DNA from: Ginsengibacter sp.
GTDB lineage: Bacteria; Bacteroidota; Bacteroidia; Chitinophagales; Chitinophagaceae
NCBI GenBank assembly: GCA_051953735.1
Contig: JBQCIM010000117.1
Coordinates: forward strand, 18,319 to 82,318
Direction of reading: 5' to 3'
DNA length: 64,000 nt
The notes under the pieces were generated by a model, which was given only the letters and a program-made list of their open reading frames with translations, had not been told where the DNA came from and did no database searches. Positions within the stretch are counted from its first letter, which is position 1, and each line of letters begins with the position of its first letter. Positions 30,280 to 40,414 of this stretch are shown in pieces. Made by a program: the position numbers and the translations under genes.

Positions 30280-32019
30280 ATGAGAACTATTTCTATTAAA
30301 AAATATACAATACATAAACCGTTCCTGTTTTTTACGTTCCTGCTTTTTAATTCAACAATTTTTGCGCAGTTTTTTCCGCCAAAAAATTATCCGAAAGATT
30401 ATTTTATCTATCCTGTTGATGCTAAAATCAGTCTTGCCGCGAACTTTGGTGAATTGCGTCCCAATCATTATCACATGGGATTGGATTGCAGAACCAACCA
30501 GGTAATTAATCGTCCTGTGAAAGCAGCGGCGGATGGGTATATTTCCCGCGTAAGTGTTGCTCCTTTTGGATTTGGACAGGCAATTTATATTACGCATCCA
30601 AACGGCTTTACCACAGTTTATGGGCATCTGCACAGTTTCATTCCAGCCTTGGAAAAGTACGTGAAAGAACAACAATACAAGCAAGAATCATGGAATGTTT
30701 CACTGGATATTCCAAAGGGTTTATTCCCGGTAAAAAAAGGACAATTGATCGCGCATAGCGGAAACACCGGCGGTTCTCAAGGGCCACATTGTCATTTCGA
30801 AATCCGGGATACAAAAACAGATAAAGTTTTTAATGAGTTGTTATTCGGATTGCCGATTCCCGACAACGTGCCTCCAACAATTGTAAGCCTTTATATGTAT
30901 GACAGAAATAAAAGCACTTACAGCCAATCTCCACAACATCTTCCGATAAAAAAATTAAATGGAGAATATACAACTTCCTCAATTATAATTCCAATCAACA
31001 GTGACAAAATCAGTTTTGGCATTTCTGCGAATGACAAGCAATCTGGTTCTACCAATCCGAATGGAATTTACGAAGCTGCTATTTATTTGGACGATGTTCC
31101 TCTTTCTGCTTTTCAGCTCGACAGTATTTCTTATGACGAAACAAGATATGTAAATGCGAATGTTGATTATAAAACCCGTGCTGCCGGTGGACCATATATT
31201 CAACATCTTTCACGGCTGCCCGGCTATCCCGAAGGAGTTTATAAAGATATTAACGGCAATGGTGTGATTCAATTAAAAGATGAAAATGTTCATCAAATAA
31301 AAATTGTGGTGAAAGATGCGAATGGAAATACTTCTAACCTCGAATTTAAAATCAAAAGAAACAACTTGGCCAACAATTTAAATTCGACTTTCCAGGGACT
31401 TGAATTTGAGCCGGGCGTGGTAAATGTTTTTGAAAATGATAACGTGGAAGTGTACTTGCCTTCGACAACTTTGTACGATTCAGTTGCTTTCTTTCATTCT
31501 GAAAAAGAGTCTTCTTCTGCCAATAGTTATTCTTCTATTTTTTCTATTCTTTCGGGATTAATTCCCGCTCAAAATTATTTCACTGTTAATATCAAAGCTG
31601 ATAAACCTGTTGATGAAAATCTGCAGGACAAAATGTTAATCAAAAGATCATGGAATGGAAAAACAGAAGTTGCAAAAGCGATCAAACATGTCAATTGGTA
31701 TTCCGCTAAGTTCAATGCCTTTGGAAATTTTGAACTGATTTCAGACGACGAACCACCTACAATTGCAAGTAATTTTCATGAAAACGCGAATCTTTCTCAT
31801 GCAAGAAATATTATCGTAACTCCAAAAGATAATAATGACGAAATCAAAAATTTCCGCGCGGAACTGGATGGAAAATGGCTTCGTTTTTCAAACGATAAAG
31901 GAAGAAATTTTATTTATGATTTTGATGAAAAATGCCCTTCCGGAAAGCATGAATTAACGATTTCCGTAGAAGACGAAGCTGGAAATCAAACTGTAAAAAC
32001 CTTTCATTTTACCAGATAA
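30280..32019 (+). CDS. M23 family metallopeptidase
   Basis: HYHMGLD (HxxxD), YGHL, GPHCHFE (HxH); signal-like N-terminus. Confidence 0.9.
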   Translation: MRTISIKKYTIHKPFLFFTFLLFNSTIFAQFFPPKNYPKDYFIYPVDAKISLAANFGELRPNHYHMGLDCRTNQVINRPVKAAADGYISRVSVAPFGFGQAIYITHPNGFTTVYGHLHSFIPALEKYVKEQQYKQESWNVSLDIPKGLFPVKKGQLIAHSGNTGGSQGPHCHFEIRDTKTDKVFNELLFGLPIPDNVPPTIVSLYMYDRNKSTYSQSPQHLPIKKLNGEYTTSSIIIPINSDKISFGISANDKQSGSTNPNGIYEAAIYLDDVPLSAFQLDSISYDETRYVNANVDYKTRAAGGPYIQHLSRLPGYPEGVYKDINGNGVIQLKDENVHQIKIVVKDANGNTSNLEFKIKRNNLANNLNSTFQGLEFEPGVVNVFENDNVEVYLPSTTLYDSVAFFHSEKESSSANSYSSIFSILSGLIPAQNYFTVNIKADKPVDENLQDKMLIKRSWNGKTEVAKAIKHVNWYSAKFNAFGNFELISDDEPPTIASNFHENANLSHARNIIVTPKDNNDEIKNFRAELDGKWLRFSNDKGRNFIYDFDEKCPSGKHELTISVEDEAGNQTVKTFHFTR

Positions 32020-32030
32020 AATATTCAAAA

Positions 32031-32504
32031 ATGACAACATTAGCCGAAGGCGAAATAGCGCCAGATTTTACAACAAAAGACCAAAACGGGAACAAAGTTT
32101 CACTGAAAGATTTTCGTGGGGAAAAAGTGGTTCTTTATTTCTATCCTGAAGACGATACGCCTACCTGCACGATCGAAGCATGCAATTTGCGCGACAATTA
32201 TTCCGAACTTCAAAAAGCCGGTTTGGTAGTTTTAGGCGTTAGTCCGGATGACGAAAAAAGCCACAAAAAATTTGAGAAAAAATATGATCTCCCTTTCACT
32301 TTATTGGAAGATCCACAGAAAAAAATTATTGACAAATACGGCGTTTGGGGCGAAAAAAACCTTTATGGAAGAAAATATATGGGGCTTTTCAGAACCACAT
32401 TTTTGATTGATGAAAACGGAAAAATCATCAAAATTTTCAGGAAGCCCAAATCAAAAATCCATAGCCAGGAAATTTTAAAATCCCTGGAAACAGCAGGCAA
32501 ATAA
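32031..32504 (+). CDS. bcp: Thioredoxin-dependent peroxiredoxin Bcp
   Basis: FYPEDDTPTCTIEACNLRD (CxxxxC), GVSPD. Confidence 0.93.
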   Translation: MTTLAEGEIAPDFTTKDQNGNKVSLKDFRGEKVVLYFYPEDDTPTCTIEACNLRDNYSELQKAGLVVLGVSPDDEKSHKKFEKKYDLPFTLLEDPQKKIIDKYGVWGEKNLYGRKYMGLFRTTFLIDENGKIIKIFRKPKSKIHSQEILKSLETAGK

Positions 32505-32524
32505 ATAATCAATTTTTCTTTTTT

Positions 32525-32815
32525 ATGGAATTTGTGATAAAAGAAAATTCATGGATTGCGAAGCTGGCAGCAAAAAAATTACAAACAAAAAGTGTCGCCA
32601 TTACAATTGGAAAAACGATTCATTTGCATCATGTTTCCAAAGATGATTTTCTGAAAGATGAAAAATGGGTCCGCCACGAAATGTGCCACATTCAACAATT
32701 TAAAAAATATGGCTTTTTTAATTTTATTCTGAAATATCTGTGGGAAAGTTGGAAGGTTGGATATTACAACAATAGATTTGAGGCAGAAGCGAGAAAAGCA
32801 GAAACCGGCAATTGA
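32525..32815 (+). CDS. Small HExxH protein (DUF4157-like)
   Basis: AITIGKTI, RHEMCHIQQ, NRFEAEAR. Confidence 0.75.
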   Translation: MEFVIKENSWIAKLAAKKLQTKSVAITIGKTIHLHHVSKDDFLKDEKWVRHEMCHIQQFKKYGFFNFILKYLWESWKVGYYNNRFEAEARKAETGN

Positions 32816-32853
32816 TCAAAATAAAAAATCGATTTTTTGTTCATTTACAGTAA

Positions 32854-33444
32854 TCAGCAATTATCAATTTTCATAAGTCGGTCAATTTCTGCAGTAAGTC
32901 GTGAGAAAATTTCGTCCACAGTTCCTTCGCCTTTTACCATTACCACTTTATTTGCTTTTTCATAATGATCCGCAACGGCAGCAGTTTTTTTATGATATTC
33001 CGCAATTCGCGCGCGGATAACAATTTCATTGTTATCGTCAGTCCTGCCGCTTGTTTCGCCCCGCTTCAATAATCTTTTGATCAATTCTTCTTCGCTAACA
33101 ACTAAAGCGAGCATCACATCAATGCAGGTTTTTTTTCTTTCTAATAAATGATCCAGTTCCTCTGCCTGAATTGCCGTTCTTGGAAAACCATCGAACAAAA
33201 AACCCGCAGCATTTGGATTTTGATCCAACGCGTCGTTGATCATTCCGATCACCACTTCATCCGGCACCAGGTTTCCTTTGTCCATAAACATTTTTGCTTC
33301 TATTCCCAAAGGAGTTTTTCGCGAAATTTCACTTCTTAATAAATCGCCGGTAGAAAGATGTTTTAAATGATATTTAGCGATCAGCTTTTCTGATTGAGTT
33401 CCTTTTCCGCTTCCCGGAGGACCAAATAAAATGAGATTGAACAT
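32854..33444 (-). CDS. adk: Adenylate kinase (short-LID type)
   Basis: FGPPGSGKGTQ, HLSTGDLLR, FDGFPRT. Confidence 0.97.
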   Translation of the reverse strand: MFNLILFGPPGSGKGTQSEKLIAKYHLKHLSTGDLLRSEISRKTPLGIEAKMFMDKGNLVPDEVVIGMINDALDQNPNAAGFLFDGFPRTAIQAEELDHLLERKKTCIDVMLALVVSEEELIKRLLKRGETSGRTDDNNEIVIRARIAEYHKKTAAVADHYEKANKVVMVKGEGTVDEIFSRLTAEIDRLMKIDNC

Positions 33445-33601
33445 TGGCTTTTTAAAATCCTTGTGAGCATCAAATATACTTTATGAAAATTAAATAGCAA
33501 CCGAAAGCCGTAAAAACGGAATATTTTTTAGCAAATCATCCGTTTTGGATTATGTAATTTTACAAAAGCAACAATTTTTTTTATTATTTAAAATAAACAA
33601 A

Positions 33602-34048
33602 ATGGCAAGCGACCCTAAAAATACCGGTTACGTGAAAGAAAATAAAAATCCGGCTGAAGTAAGCAATGCAGAATGGAAAAAAGTATTGCCAAATGACGTT
33701 TATCACATTGCCCGGGAAAAAGGAACTGAAAGGCCTGGCACAGGGAAATATTATCAACACAATGAGGTAGGAACTTATTATTGCGCCGTTTGCGGAAACC
33801 CGCTTTTCAGGAGCAATGGAAAATTCAATAGCAGCTGTGGCTGGCCAAGTTTTTTTGAACCGATCAGCAAAGACAGTTTGATTTATCTGCCTGATAATTC
33901 TTTTGGAATGAGAAGAACAGAAGTAGAATGCGGAAAATGTCATTCACACCTGGGACACGTTTTTGAAGATGGTCCTCCACCAACCGGTTTGAGATATTGT
34001 ATCAATTCAGTAGTTCTCGGGTTTGAGAAAGAACCAAATGAATCATAA
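33602..34048 (+). CDS. msrB: Peptide-methionine (R)-S-oxide reductase (likely start ATG 33602)
   Basis: GTERP, two CxxC Zn motifs, GWPSF, HLGHVF.DGP, RYCINS. Confidence 0.96.
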   Translation: MASDPKNTGYVKENKNPAEVSNAEWKKVLPNDVYHIAREKGTERPGTGKYYQHNEVGTYYCAVCGNPLFRSNGKFNSSCGWPSFFEPISKDSLIYLPDNSFGMRRTEVECGKCHSHLGHVFEDGPPPTGLRYCINSVVLGFEKEPNES

Positions 34049-34333
34049 ATCGCGTCCTCCAAGAAATGCCCTTCGGAGTAAAGCAACAATAAATGTAAAA
34101 ATTGCAGAGCCAATGATCGCCCAGATAATTGGGAAAGGTTTTCCTTCGATGTTGATTGTAAAGAAATGTGGCAGCCCAAATTTTCCCGCTACCCATAGGC
34201 CGATATAGGCGCCAATAAAACCTACAACTATAGAAACAAGACAACCTCCAATATCATAACCGGCAAGAGATTGGCCAATACCGCCACAGATAGCGGCAAT
34301 CAATAAAAGTATAAGGAATCCAATGAGAGTCAT
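34043..34333 (-). CDS. GlsB/YeaQ/YmgE family stress-response membrane protein
   Basis: Gly-rich three-TM protein, SIVVGFIGAYIG, WAIIGSAIF. Confidence 0.85.
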   Translation of the reverse strand: MTLIGFLILLLIAAICGGIGQSLAGYDIGGCLVSIVVGFIGAYIGLWVAGKFGLPHFFTINIEGKPFPIIWAIIGSAIFTFIVALLRRAFLGGRDL

Positions 34334-34502
34334 GTGATAAAGTTTTAGAGGAAAAAAATATTTTTAAATTTCCGCAATTAAAAATCCATCCAATTATCAT
34401 GCTGAATTTTTGTTATTCAATTGTTTTCTTATAAAAATTTCCGGAATTTAATTTTTCAGGTGTCATCTTTGCTCTGCATAAAAACAAAAGCGTCTTCCCA
34501 GC

Positions 34503-35297
34503 ATGATGAATATTAAGCCCGTTGAAAAAAACCTGATCTCAAAAAAAGTAGATGCTTTTTTTATTAATCTTTATTCCGCTTTCCAGTTTATAATCAGATT
34601 CTTTAAAGAGGTTTTTAAACCTCCTTATGAAGTAAAAGAAATTATCAGACAATGTTATGAAGTTGGTTATAAATCCCTTTTCCTGATCACGCTTACTGGT
34701 TTTATTACAGGACTCGTTTTTACTAAACAGTCGCGTCCCTCTTTGTCTGAATTTGGTGCCACTTCATGGCTTCCCAGCCTTGTAGCGATTGCAATTATCC
34801 GTGCTTTAGCCCCTTTGGTTACCGCTTTGATTTGCGCCGGAAAAGTTGGTTCCAATATTGCCGCTGAATTAGGTTCGATGAAAGTAACGGAACAGATCGA
34901 TGCGATGGAAGTTTCGGCAGTAAATCCATTCAAATTTTTAGTGGTAAGCCGCGTTTTGGCAACCACTTTAATGATCCCGATGCTGATGTGTTATACAGGT
35001 TTTGTTGCAATGATGGGCGCGTTCATTAATGTGCATCAAAATGAAATGACCAGTTTTATTACTTTCTTTCAACAGGCTTTTGACAAAATTTCTTTCCTGG
35101 ATATTTTTTCTTCTTTAATAAAAAGTATTGTCTATGGATTCACGATTGGAATGGTGGGATGTTATAAAGGCTTTCATGCAAAAAACGGAACGGAAGGAGT
35201 TGGAAAAGCAGCCAATTTATCCGTCGTACTTTCGATGTTTTTAATTTTTATTGAAGAAATTCTGATTGTTCAAATAACCAATAGTATCAGGCCATGA
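34503..35297 (+). CDS. mlaE: MlaE family ABC permease
   Basis: IIRALAPLVTALICAGKVGS..AAELGSMKVTEQIDAMEV. Confidence 0.92.
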   Translation: MMNIKPVEKNLISKKVDAFFINLYSAFQFIIRFFKEVFKPPYEVKEIIRQCYEVGYKSLFLITLTGFITGLVFTKQSRPSLSEFGATSWLPSLVAIAIIRALAPLVTALICAGKVGSNIAAELGSMKVTEQIDAMEVSAVNPFKFLVVSRVLATTLMIPMLMCYTGFVAMMGAFINVHQNEMTSFITFFQQAFDKISFLDIFSSLIKSIVYGFTIGMVGCYKGFHAKNGTEGVGKAANLSVVLSMFLIFIEEILIVQITNSIRP

Positions 35298-36070
35298 CGG
35301 AAGCTGAAATTGAAAATAAGGAGCCAGGAAAAATCATGATCTCAATAATGGATTTGTATAAATCTTTTGGAGAAAATCACGTGTTGCGTGGCGTAAATCT
35401 CGAAGTGAAGAATAAAGAAAATGTAGTGGTTTTGGGAAGATCGGGAACCGGGAAATCTGTGCTGATAAAAATCATTTGTGGTTTATTAATGCCTGACAGC
35501 GGAAGCGTAAATGTGTTGGGAAAAGAAGTCGAATTGCTAAATGATAAAGAACTGCAGCAACTCCGTTTGCAAATCGGATTTTCTTTTCAAAACAGCGCTT
35601 TGTATGATAGCATGACGATCAAAGAAAACCTTGCTTTTCCATTGATTCGCCATTCCAAACATTTATCAAAGGCACAAGTAAACGAACAAATAGAGCGGGT
35701 TTTGGATGCGGTGGGATTGTTGCAAACAATGAATCAAATGCCGGCTGAATTATCGGGCGGACAAAGAAAAAGAATTGGGATTGCACGAACACTGATTCTT
35801 CAGCCAAAGATCATGTTGTATGACGAGCCAACTTCGGGGCTTGATCCAATTACAAGCATTGAGATCAACAAGCTAATCAATCTTGTAAAAGAAAAGTTCA
35901 ATACAACTTCGATCATCATTACTCATGATCTTACCTGCGCAAAAACAACAGGCGATAAAGTGGCCATGTTGTTTGACGGAAAATTTATTAAGCAGGGAAC
36001 TTTTGACGAAGTTTTTAGTGACAGCGACGAGCGAATTCAAAGTTTTTATAAATATAATTTTATTCATTAA
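35294..36070 (+). CDS. mlaF: MlaF family ABC ATPase
   Basis: GRSGTGKS, LSGGQRKR, YDEPTSGLDP, IITHD; overlaps the mlaE stop. Confidence 0.92.
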   Translation: MTEAEIENKEPGKIMISIMDLYKSFGENHVLRGVNLEVKNKENVVVLGRSGTGKSVLIKIICGLLMPDSGSVNVLGKEVELLNDKELQQLRLQIGFSFQNSALYDSMTIKENLAFPLIRHSKHLSKAQVNEQIERVLDAVGLLQTMNQMPAELSGGQRKRIGIARTLILQPKIMLYDEPTSGLDPITSIEINKLINLVKEKFNTTSIIITHDLTCAKTTGDKVAMLFDGKFIKQGTFDEVFSDSDERIQSFYKYNFIH

Positions 36071-36072
36071 TT

Positions 36073-37080
36073 ATGAGAGCAACACCAAACAAAAGAGCGG
36101 TTATCGTCGGAATATTTGTTTTCCTTGGCATTGCTATTTTTATTATAACAGTTCTCACACTAGGTTCCCAAAGAAAAACTTTTGCCAACACTGTTGTCAT
36201 TAAATCGTTTTTCGAAGACGTAAACGGATTGAAGCAGGGAAATAATGTATGGTTTTCAGGCGTAAAAGTAGGCACCATCAAAAGTGTGAATCTGATCGGA
36301 AATGCAAGGGTAGAAGTGGACATGAATATCGAACACGAATCACTTCCTTACATTCGAAAAAATGCAAAAGCAAAGTTGAGCACTGACGGGCTGATCGGAA
36401 ATAAGATCATTGAAATTTATGGCGGCACAGCAAAAGCCCCTCAAATACAGGAAGGCGATATATTGAACACGGATAAATTATTAAGCACCGACGAAATGAT
36501 GGCAACGCTTTCAAAAAACAATGACAACCTGCTTGCTATAACAGACAATTTTAAAAAGATCAGCACAAAAATGGCTGCAGGCGAAGGGTCTATTGGAAAA
36601 TTACTTTCTGACGAAACGTTTGCTGATGAATTAAATAAAACAGTTGTTACATTACAAAAAGCTTCTTCGAATCTTGAAAATCTTACCTCAAACGTTTCTA
36701 ATTATACTTCACGATTAAATGAAAAAGGAGGTTTTGCAAATGACCTGGTAAAAGATACTGTTATTTTTAGTAAGCTTCGTTCGATGGTTTCTCAGTTGCA
36801 GGAGGTGTCAGATAAATCAAAAGACGTTATGGACAATTTGCAAACTGCCACAAATACGTTAAACACCGGATTAACCAATAAAAATGCTCCTGCCGGAATG
36901 CTGCTCAGCGATGAAAAAACTGCGGAAAATTTAAAAATAACTTTACAAAACCTGCAATCAGCAAGTAAAAAATTAGATGAAGACCTGGAAGCTGCACAGC
37001 ATAATTTTTTACTTCGTGGATTTTTTAAAAAGAAAGCAAAGGCTGAAGAAAAAGCAAAAAAAGATTCTGCGTCTGATTAA
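36073..37080 (+). CDS. mlaD: MlaD/MCE family protein with a long helical C-terminus
   Basis: N-terminal TM, GLKQGNNVWFSGVKVG, DGLIGNKII; GSIGKLL repeats. Confidence 0.9.
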   Translation: MRATPNKRAVIVGIFVFLGIAIFIITVLTLGSQRKTFANTVVIKSFFEDVNGLKQGNNVWFSGVKVGTIKSVNLIGNARVEVDMNIEHESLPYIRKNAKAKLSTDGLIGNKIIEIYGGTAKAPQIQEGDILNTDKLLSTDEMMATLSKNNDNLLAITDNFKKISTKMAAGEGSIGKLLSDETFADELNKTVVTLQKASSNLENLTSNVSNYTSRLNEKGGFANDLVKDTVIFSKLRSMVSQLQEVSDKSKDVMDNLQTATNTLNTGLTNKNAPAGMLLSDEKTAENLKITLQNLQSASKKLDEDLEAAQHNFLLRGFFKKKAKAEEKAKKDSASD

Positions 37081-37159
37081 ACTTTTTTGAAAAAATTACA
37101 AAAAAGTTAATTGTAAACTATCCGCTGTTTTTTTATTTTATTTTTGAAAAAATCCTTTT

Positions 37160-37603
37160 ATGAAAAAAATATATTCTTACTTCTTGTTTCTTCTTGCAAT
37201 AATCCTTGTTCAATCATGCAGCGCGCAGAAGCCTGAAAACTGGACAAAAGGTCAACTAATAGAACCAGCAGCTTTGGCAAAGACTATTGAAGCGAATGAA
37301 AATCTTCCTCTGATTTATTGCGTTGGTCCAGGCGTTGTTATCCCTCATTCTATTGATATTGGAATGGCAAGCGACGAAAAAAATCTTGAAAAATTTAAAG
37401 ACAGTTTGAAAGATTTGCCACGCGATGCCAACATTGTTATTTACTGCGGATGTTGTCCCTTCAATCATTGCCCGAATGTGCGTCCCGCCATTGCTTTATT
37501 GCAGGAAATGAAATTCACTAATTATCATTTACTGGATTTGCCACACAACATAAAAGCAGATTGGATCCAAAAAGGATATCCACAAGCAAATTTGAAACAG
37601 TAA
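37160..37603 (+). CDS. Rhodanese-like putative lipoprotein with a Cys-rich loop
   Basis: Lipobox-like LVQSC; IVIYCGCCPFNHCPN; C-terminal W..KGYP. Confidence 0.75.
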   Translation: MKKIYSYFLFLLAIILVQSCSAQKPENWTKGQLIEPAALAKTIEANENLPLIYCVGPGVVIPHSIDIGMASDEKNLEKFKDSLKDLPRDANIVIYCGCCPFNHCPNVRPAIALLQEMKFTNYHLLDLPHNIKADWIQKGYPQANLKQ

Positions 37604-37638
37604 ATTCTCAAATAATCACTTTTGAAAATTCTTTTAAA

Positions 37639-38280
37639 ATGAAGTTTTTAAAATTCTCTTTCCTTTTTGCCATTGCAATTTTTTCAGCCTCATTTTGCAA
37701 TGCCCAAAATGATGACATGCCAGATGCTAGAAGAAAGACCGAATCTTTTGATCGCTTTCATGTGAAAGATCTTCGTGCAGATCTGGCAACTTTTACTTTA
37801 TCAGGAATCAGTGAAAGCGTTGGCTTACTTCCTTTAAAAAAAATTACTTACAGCAAACTTAGCAACGATTCTATTGTATTTGACGGTGATGGAATAAAAG
37901 CGAAAGTGAAGATCTCGGCTTTTGATCCGTCAAAACATAAATTGACATACGATGAAAAATACCTGGTAAGAATTGACCGTAAAGCCTATTATGGAAATTA
38001 TGGAGTAGTTCCAAAAACAGAGATCAGCAATGTGATGATGATCATTAATAATGATACCGTTTTTATTCCGCCTGCTGCTTATTCAGATTTGTATAATCTC
38101 AATTTAACGTATCTCGATAAGGGCGTAGAACGCACTACCGATGCGGTTTACAAGTCAAAGGATGGAAATACAATTTATCTTTATCTTTTCTCGAAAGACA
38201 AAACAGGAAGCTATGAGGTAACCTGGATCTTTCAAAACAGGAAATATTTGAGAAGGGTTTTGGATTATGGATTTATGTAA
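37639..38280 (+). CDS. Hypothetical secreted protein (likely start ATG 37639)
   Basis: Signal peptide MKFLKFSFLFAIAIFSASFCNAQ; normal codon usage. Confidence 0.7.
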   Translation: MKFLKFSFLFAIAIFSASFCNAQNDDMPDARRKTESFDRFHVKDLRADLATFTLSGISESVGLLPLKKITYSKLSNDSIVFDGDGIKAKVKISAFDPSKHKLTYDEKYLVRIDRKAYYGNYGVVPKTEISNVMMIINNDTVFIPPAAYSDLYNLNLTYLDKGVERTTDAVYKSKDGNTIYLYLFSKDKTGSYEVTWIFQNRKYLRRVLDYGFM

Positions 38281-38369
38281 AATTTTTTAAATTAAAATAA
38301 AAAATTCACTTATTTCTTTGTCCACTGTTCTCTGAACTTTTTCAGAAAGAAGTGTTTAGCGTGCAAAAA

Positions 38370-38801
38370 TTATCCCATTAGATACGCCAAACCATGGCTC
38401 ACAGGTTCGCATAAATTCTGAACATTTTTTTCGCGGAACAATTTTTCCATCAAATCGCGCACCTGTTTGTAATCATTATGAATCGGGCAAGGATGCGATG
38501 AGGAACATTTGCTTAATCCTAAACCACAGCTGGTAAAAAATTGTTTTCCATCTATGGCTTCTACAATATTGATGATCGGCTGTTTCTGTTGTGCTTTTGA
38601 AATGAAGAACCCGCCTGTCGGTCCTTTCATGCTATTGATCACGTTTTGTTTTGCAAGTGTTTGCAAAATTTTTCCAACCGTATGTTCGCTCGCGTCAATA
38701 AATTCAGCGATCTCTTTAATACCGGCGTTTTCGCCACTTTCAAATTTTGAGCAGAGATAAATGACGGCTTTTATCGCGATTTTGCAAGTCTTGCTTAGCA
38801 T
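38370..38801 (-). CDS. Rrf2 family Fe-S transcriptional regulator
   Basis: wHTH, KGPTGGF, C-x6-C-x5-C-x2-H cluster-ligand pattern. Confidence 0.93.
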   Translation of the reverse strand: MLSKTCKIAIKAVIYLCSKFESGENAGIKEIAEFIDASEHTVGKILQTLAKQNVINSMKGPTGGFFISKAQQKQPIINIVEAIDGKQFFTSCGLGLSKCSSSHPCPIHNDYKQVRDLMEKLFREKNVQNLCEPVSHGLAYLMG

Positions 38802-38803
38802 AA

Positions 38804-39127
38804 TTACATGTTTAAAAATTCGCGTCCTTCATCTGATATCTTAGAAGAATTCCATGGCGGATCAAAAGTAATTTTTGTCTCAACGTGATAATCTGTAAAT
38901 GTTTGCTGAAGCGCGTTCGTAACGCCATCATTTATAGTTTCGCCCATGGGGCAAAATTGCGTCGTCAATGAATGCGTACAAAATATTTTTTTTTGATCTT
39001 CATCAAAATCAATCTGGTAGATCAATCCAAGATCTACAACATTCAATCCGATTTCCGGGTCGTCTACAAATTTTAATGCGCCCAACGCAAGTTCGCATTT
39101 TGCTTTATCGTTGGTTATTTCATTCAT
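38804..39127 (-). CDS. DUF59/SufT-like metal-sulfur cluster assembly factor
   Basis: DPEIGLNVVDLGLIY, TTQFCP, FDPPW. Confidence 0.92.
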   Translation of the reverse strand: MNEITNDKAKCELALGALKFVDDPEIGLNVVDLGLIYQIDFDEDQKKIFCTHSLTTQFCPMGETINDGVTNALQQTFTDYHVETKITFDPPWNSSKISDEGREFLNM

Positions 39128-40413
39128 GATTTTTTCGGTTTATGAGTTACAGCTTTCCATACATTTCCATTGTATAAAATCGCCGCTATCAACAAAAGCA
39201 TTGCAGCAATTTTCAAAATTATTTGATTGAAAACAAGCACTCCCACAACAAATAAAACAAATCCAATCAGATAAGAAATTCCCATCATCAAAAATATTTT
39301 ATCATTAAATAATTCTTTGGGATTCGGTGTTTTTCCTATTCCTGCTTTTGAATGATACACTTTGTTCCAAACAATAAAAGGTAATGTTTTGAAGGTCATT
39401 CCAAAAATGATCGCAGTGATCCATCCAAAAAAAATGCAAAATCCATAAGTTAATATTAGATGCACATTATTTTCAGAAAGCAATAACAATACAATAACGA
39501 TCAATAAAAAAATCAATGGAAGCGACATCATAAAAACGGAAAGCAAAGAAATTTTTACAGGATAATCTACTTTTTTACGAATTCTTTCGTAGTAACTTTT
39601 ATAACAATAATATCCAAACAGAATTAATGCTGTGGCAATCGCAATCAATGGAATAAAATAAAGAGCTATAATTTTAAAATACAGAAAGAAAATAATAAAA
39701 CTGATCAAAGCAAAATTGATGAGCGAATAGACCCACCAAAGCAATTTATTGTTACTGTATTTTGAAATTAAAAACATCGGAATCAATCTTGAACCAACTC
39801 CAATTACCAACAATAAAAACCATCCGATAATTCCGAGATGCGCATGAAGCGGAAGATAACTGAGTGAATCGCGCGACAAAATATTGTAGGTAAAATTATA
39901 GACCAAAAACAATCCAACAATTGTAGTTATGATCAACCACAGGGTTGCTGTAAAAACAAAAACAGCATGCACATTTTCTTTCTTGCTTTTTGCCATGCTA
40001 ACGCCAATATTGATCAGATAAAACGCAATGGCAGAGTTGATCAAAATGGCGCCGAACTGAGTCGGCCAGCCAAAATCAAATTCATAAAGTCCCACGACAA
40101 GAAAAGGGATTCCAACACCGGCGCAAAAAAATGAAAGATAGGCAAGCGCGTTACTGTATAATTTTCCTTCGATCAAAACCGGCACCAGCTGATGACTCGC
40201 GCCAAGAATCATCATCGTTCCCCAGCCAAGCGCCATCACATGTGTGATTGCCAAAGTATGCGGATGAAAATAATGTTGCAAAAAAGCAGGAGTAGAAAAA
40301 ACGAGTAAAATTGTGGCAATAAAAAATGCAATTCCCGCGTATAAATAAAATGGCAACACTACTTTGTAAGAAGTATTTTTTGTAAGGCCGGTATTACTAT
40401 TCCCTGGAAGCAT
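39124..40413 (-). CDS. Polytopic membrane protein with conserved His residues (heme-copper oxidase subunit I-like or NnrS-like; function unknown)
   Basis: About 12 TM segments; THVMALGW, SHQLVPV, HAHLGIIGW, QL/RLIPMF repeats. Confidence 0.75.
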   Translation of the reverse strand: MLPGNSNTGLTKNTSYKVVLPFYLYAGIAFFIATILLVFSTPAFLQHYFHPHTLAITHVMALGWGTMMILGASHQLVPVLIEGKLYSNALAYLSFFCAGVGIPFLVVGLYEFDFGWPTQFGAILINSAIAFYLINIGVSMAKSKKENVHAVFVFTATLWLIITTIVGLFLVYNFTYNILSRDSLSYLPLHAHLGIIGWFLLLVIGVGSRLIPMFLISKYSNNKLLWWVYSLINFALISFIIFFLYFKIIALYFIPLIAIATALILFGYYCYKSYYERIRKKVDYPVKISLLSVFMMSLPLIFLLIVIVLLLLSENNVHLILTYGFCIFFGWITAIIFGMTFKTLPFIVWNKVYHSKAGIGKTPNPKELFNDKIFLMMGISYLIGFVLFVVGVLVFNQIILKIAAMLLLIAAILYNGNVWKAVTHKPKKS

Positions 40414-40414
40414 T

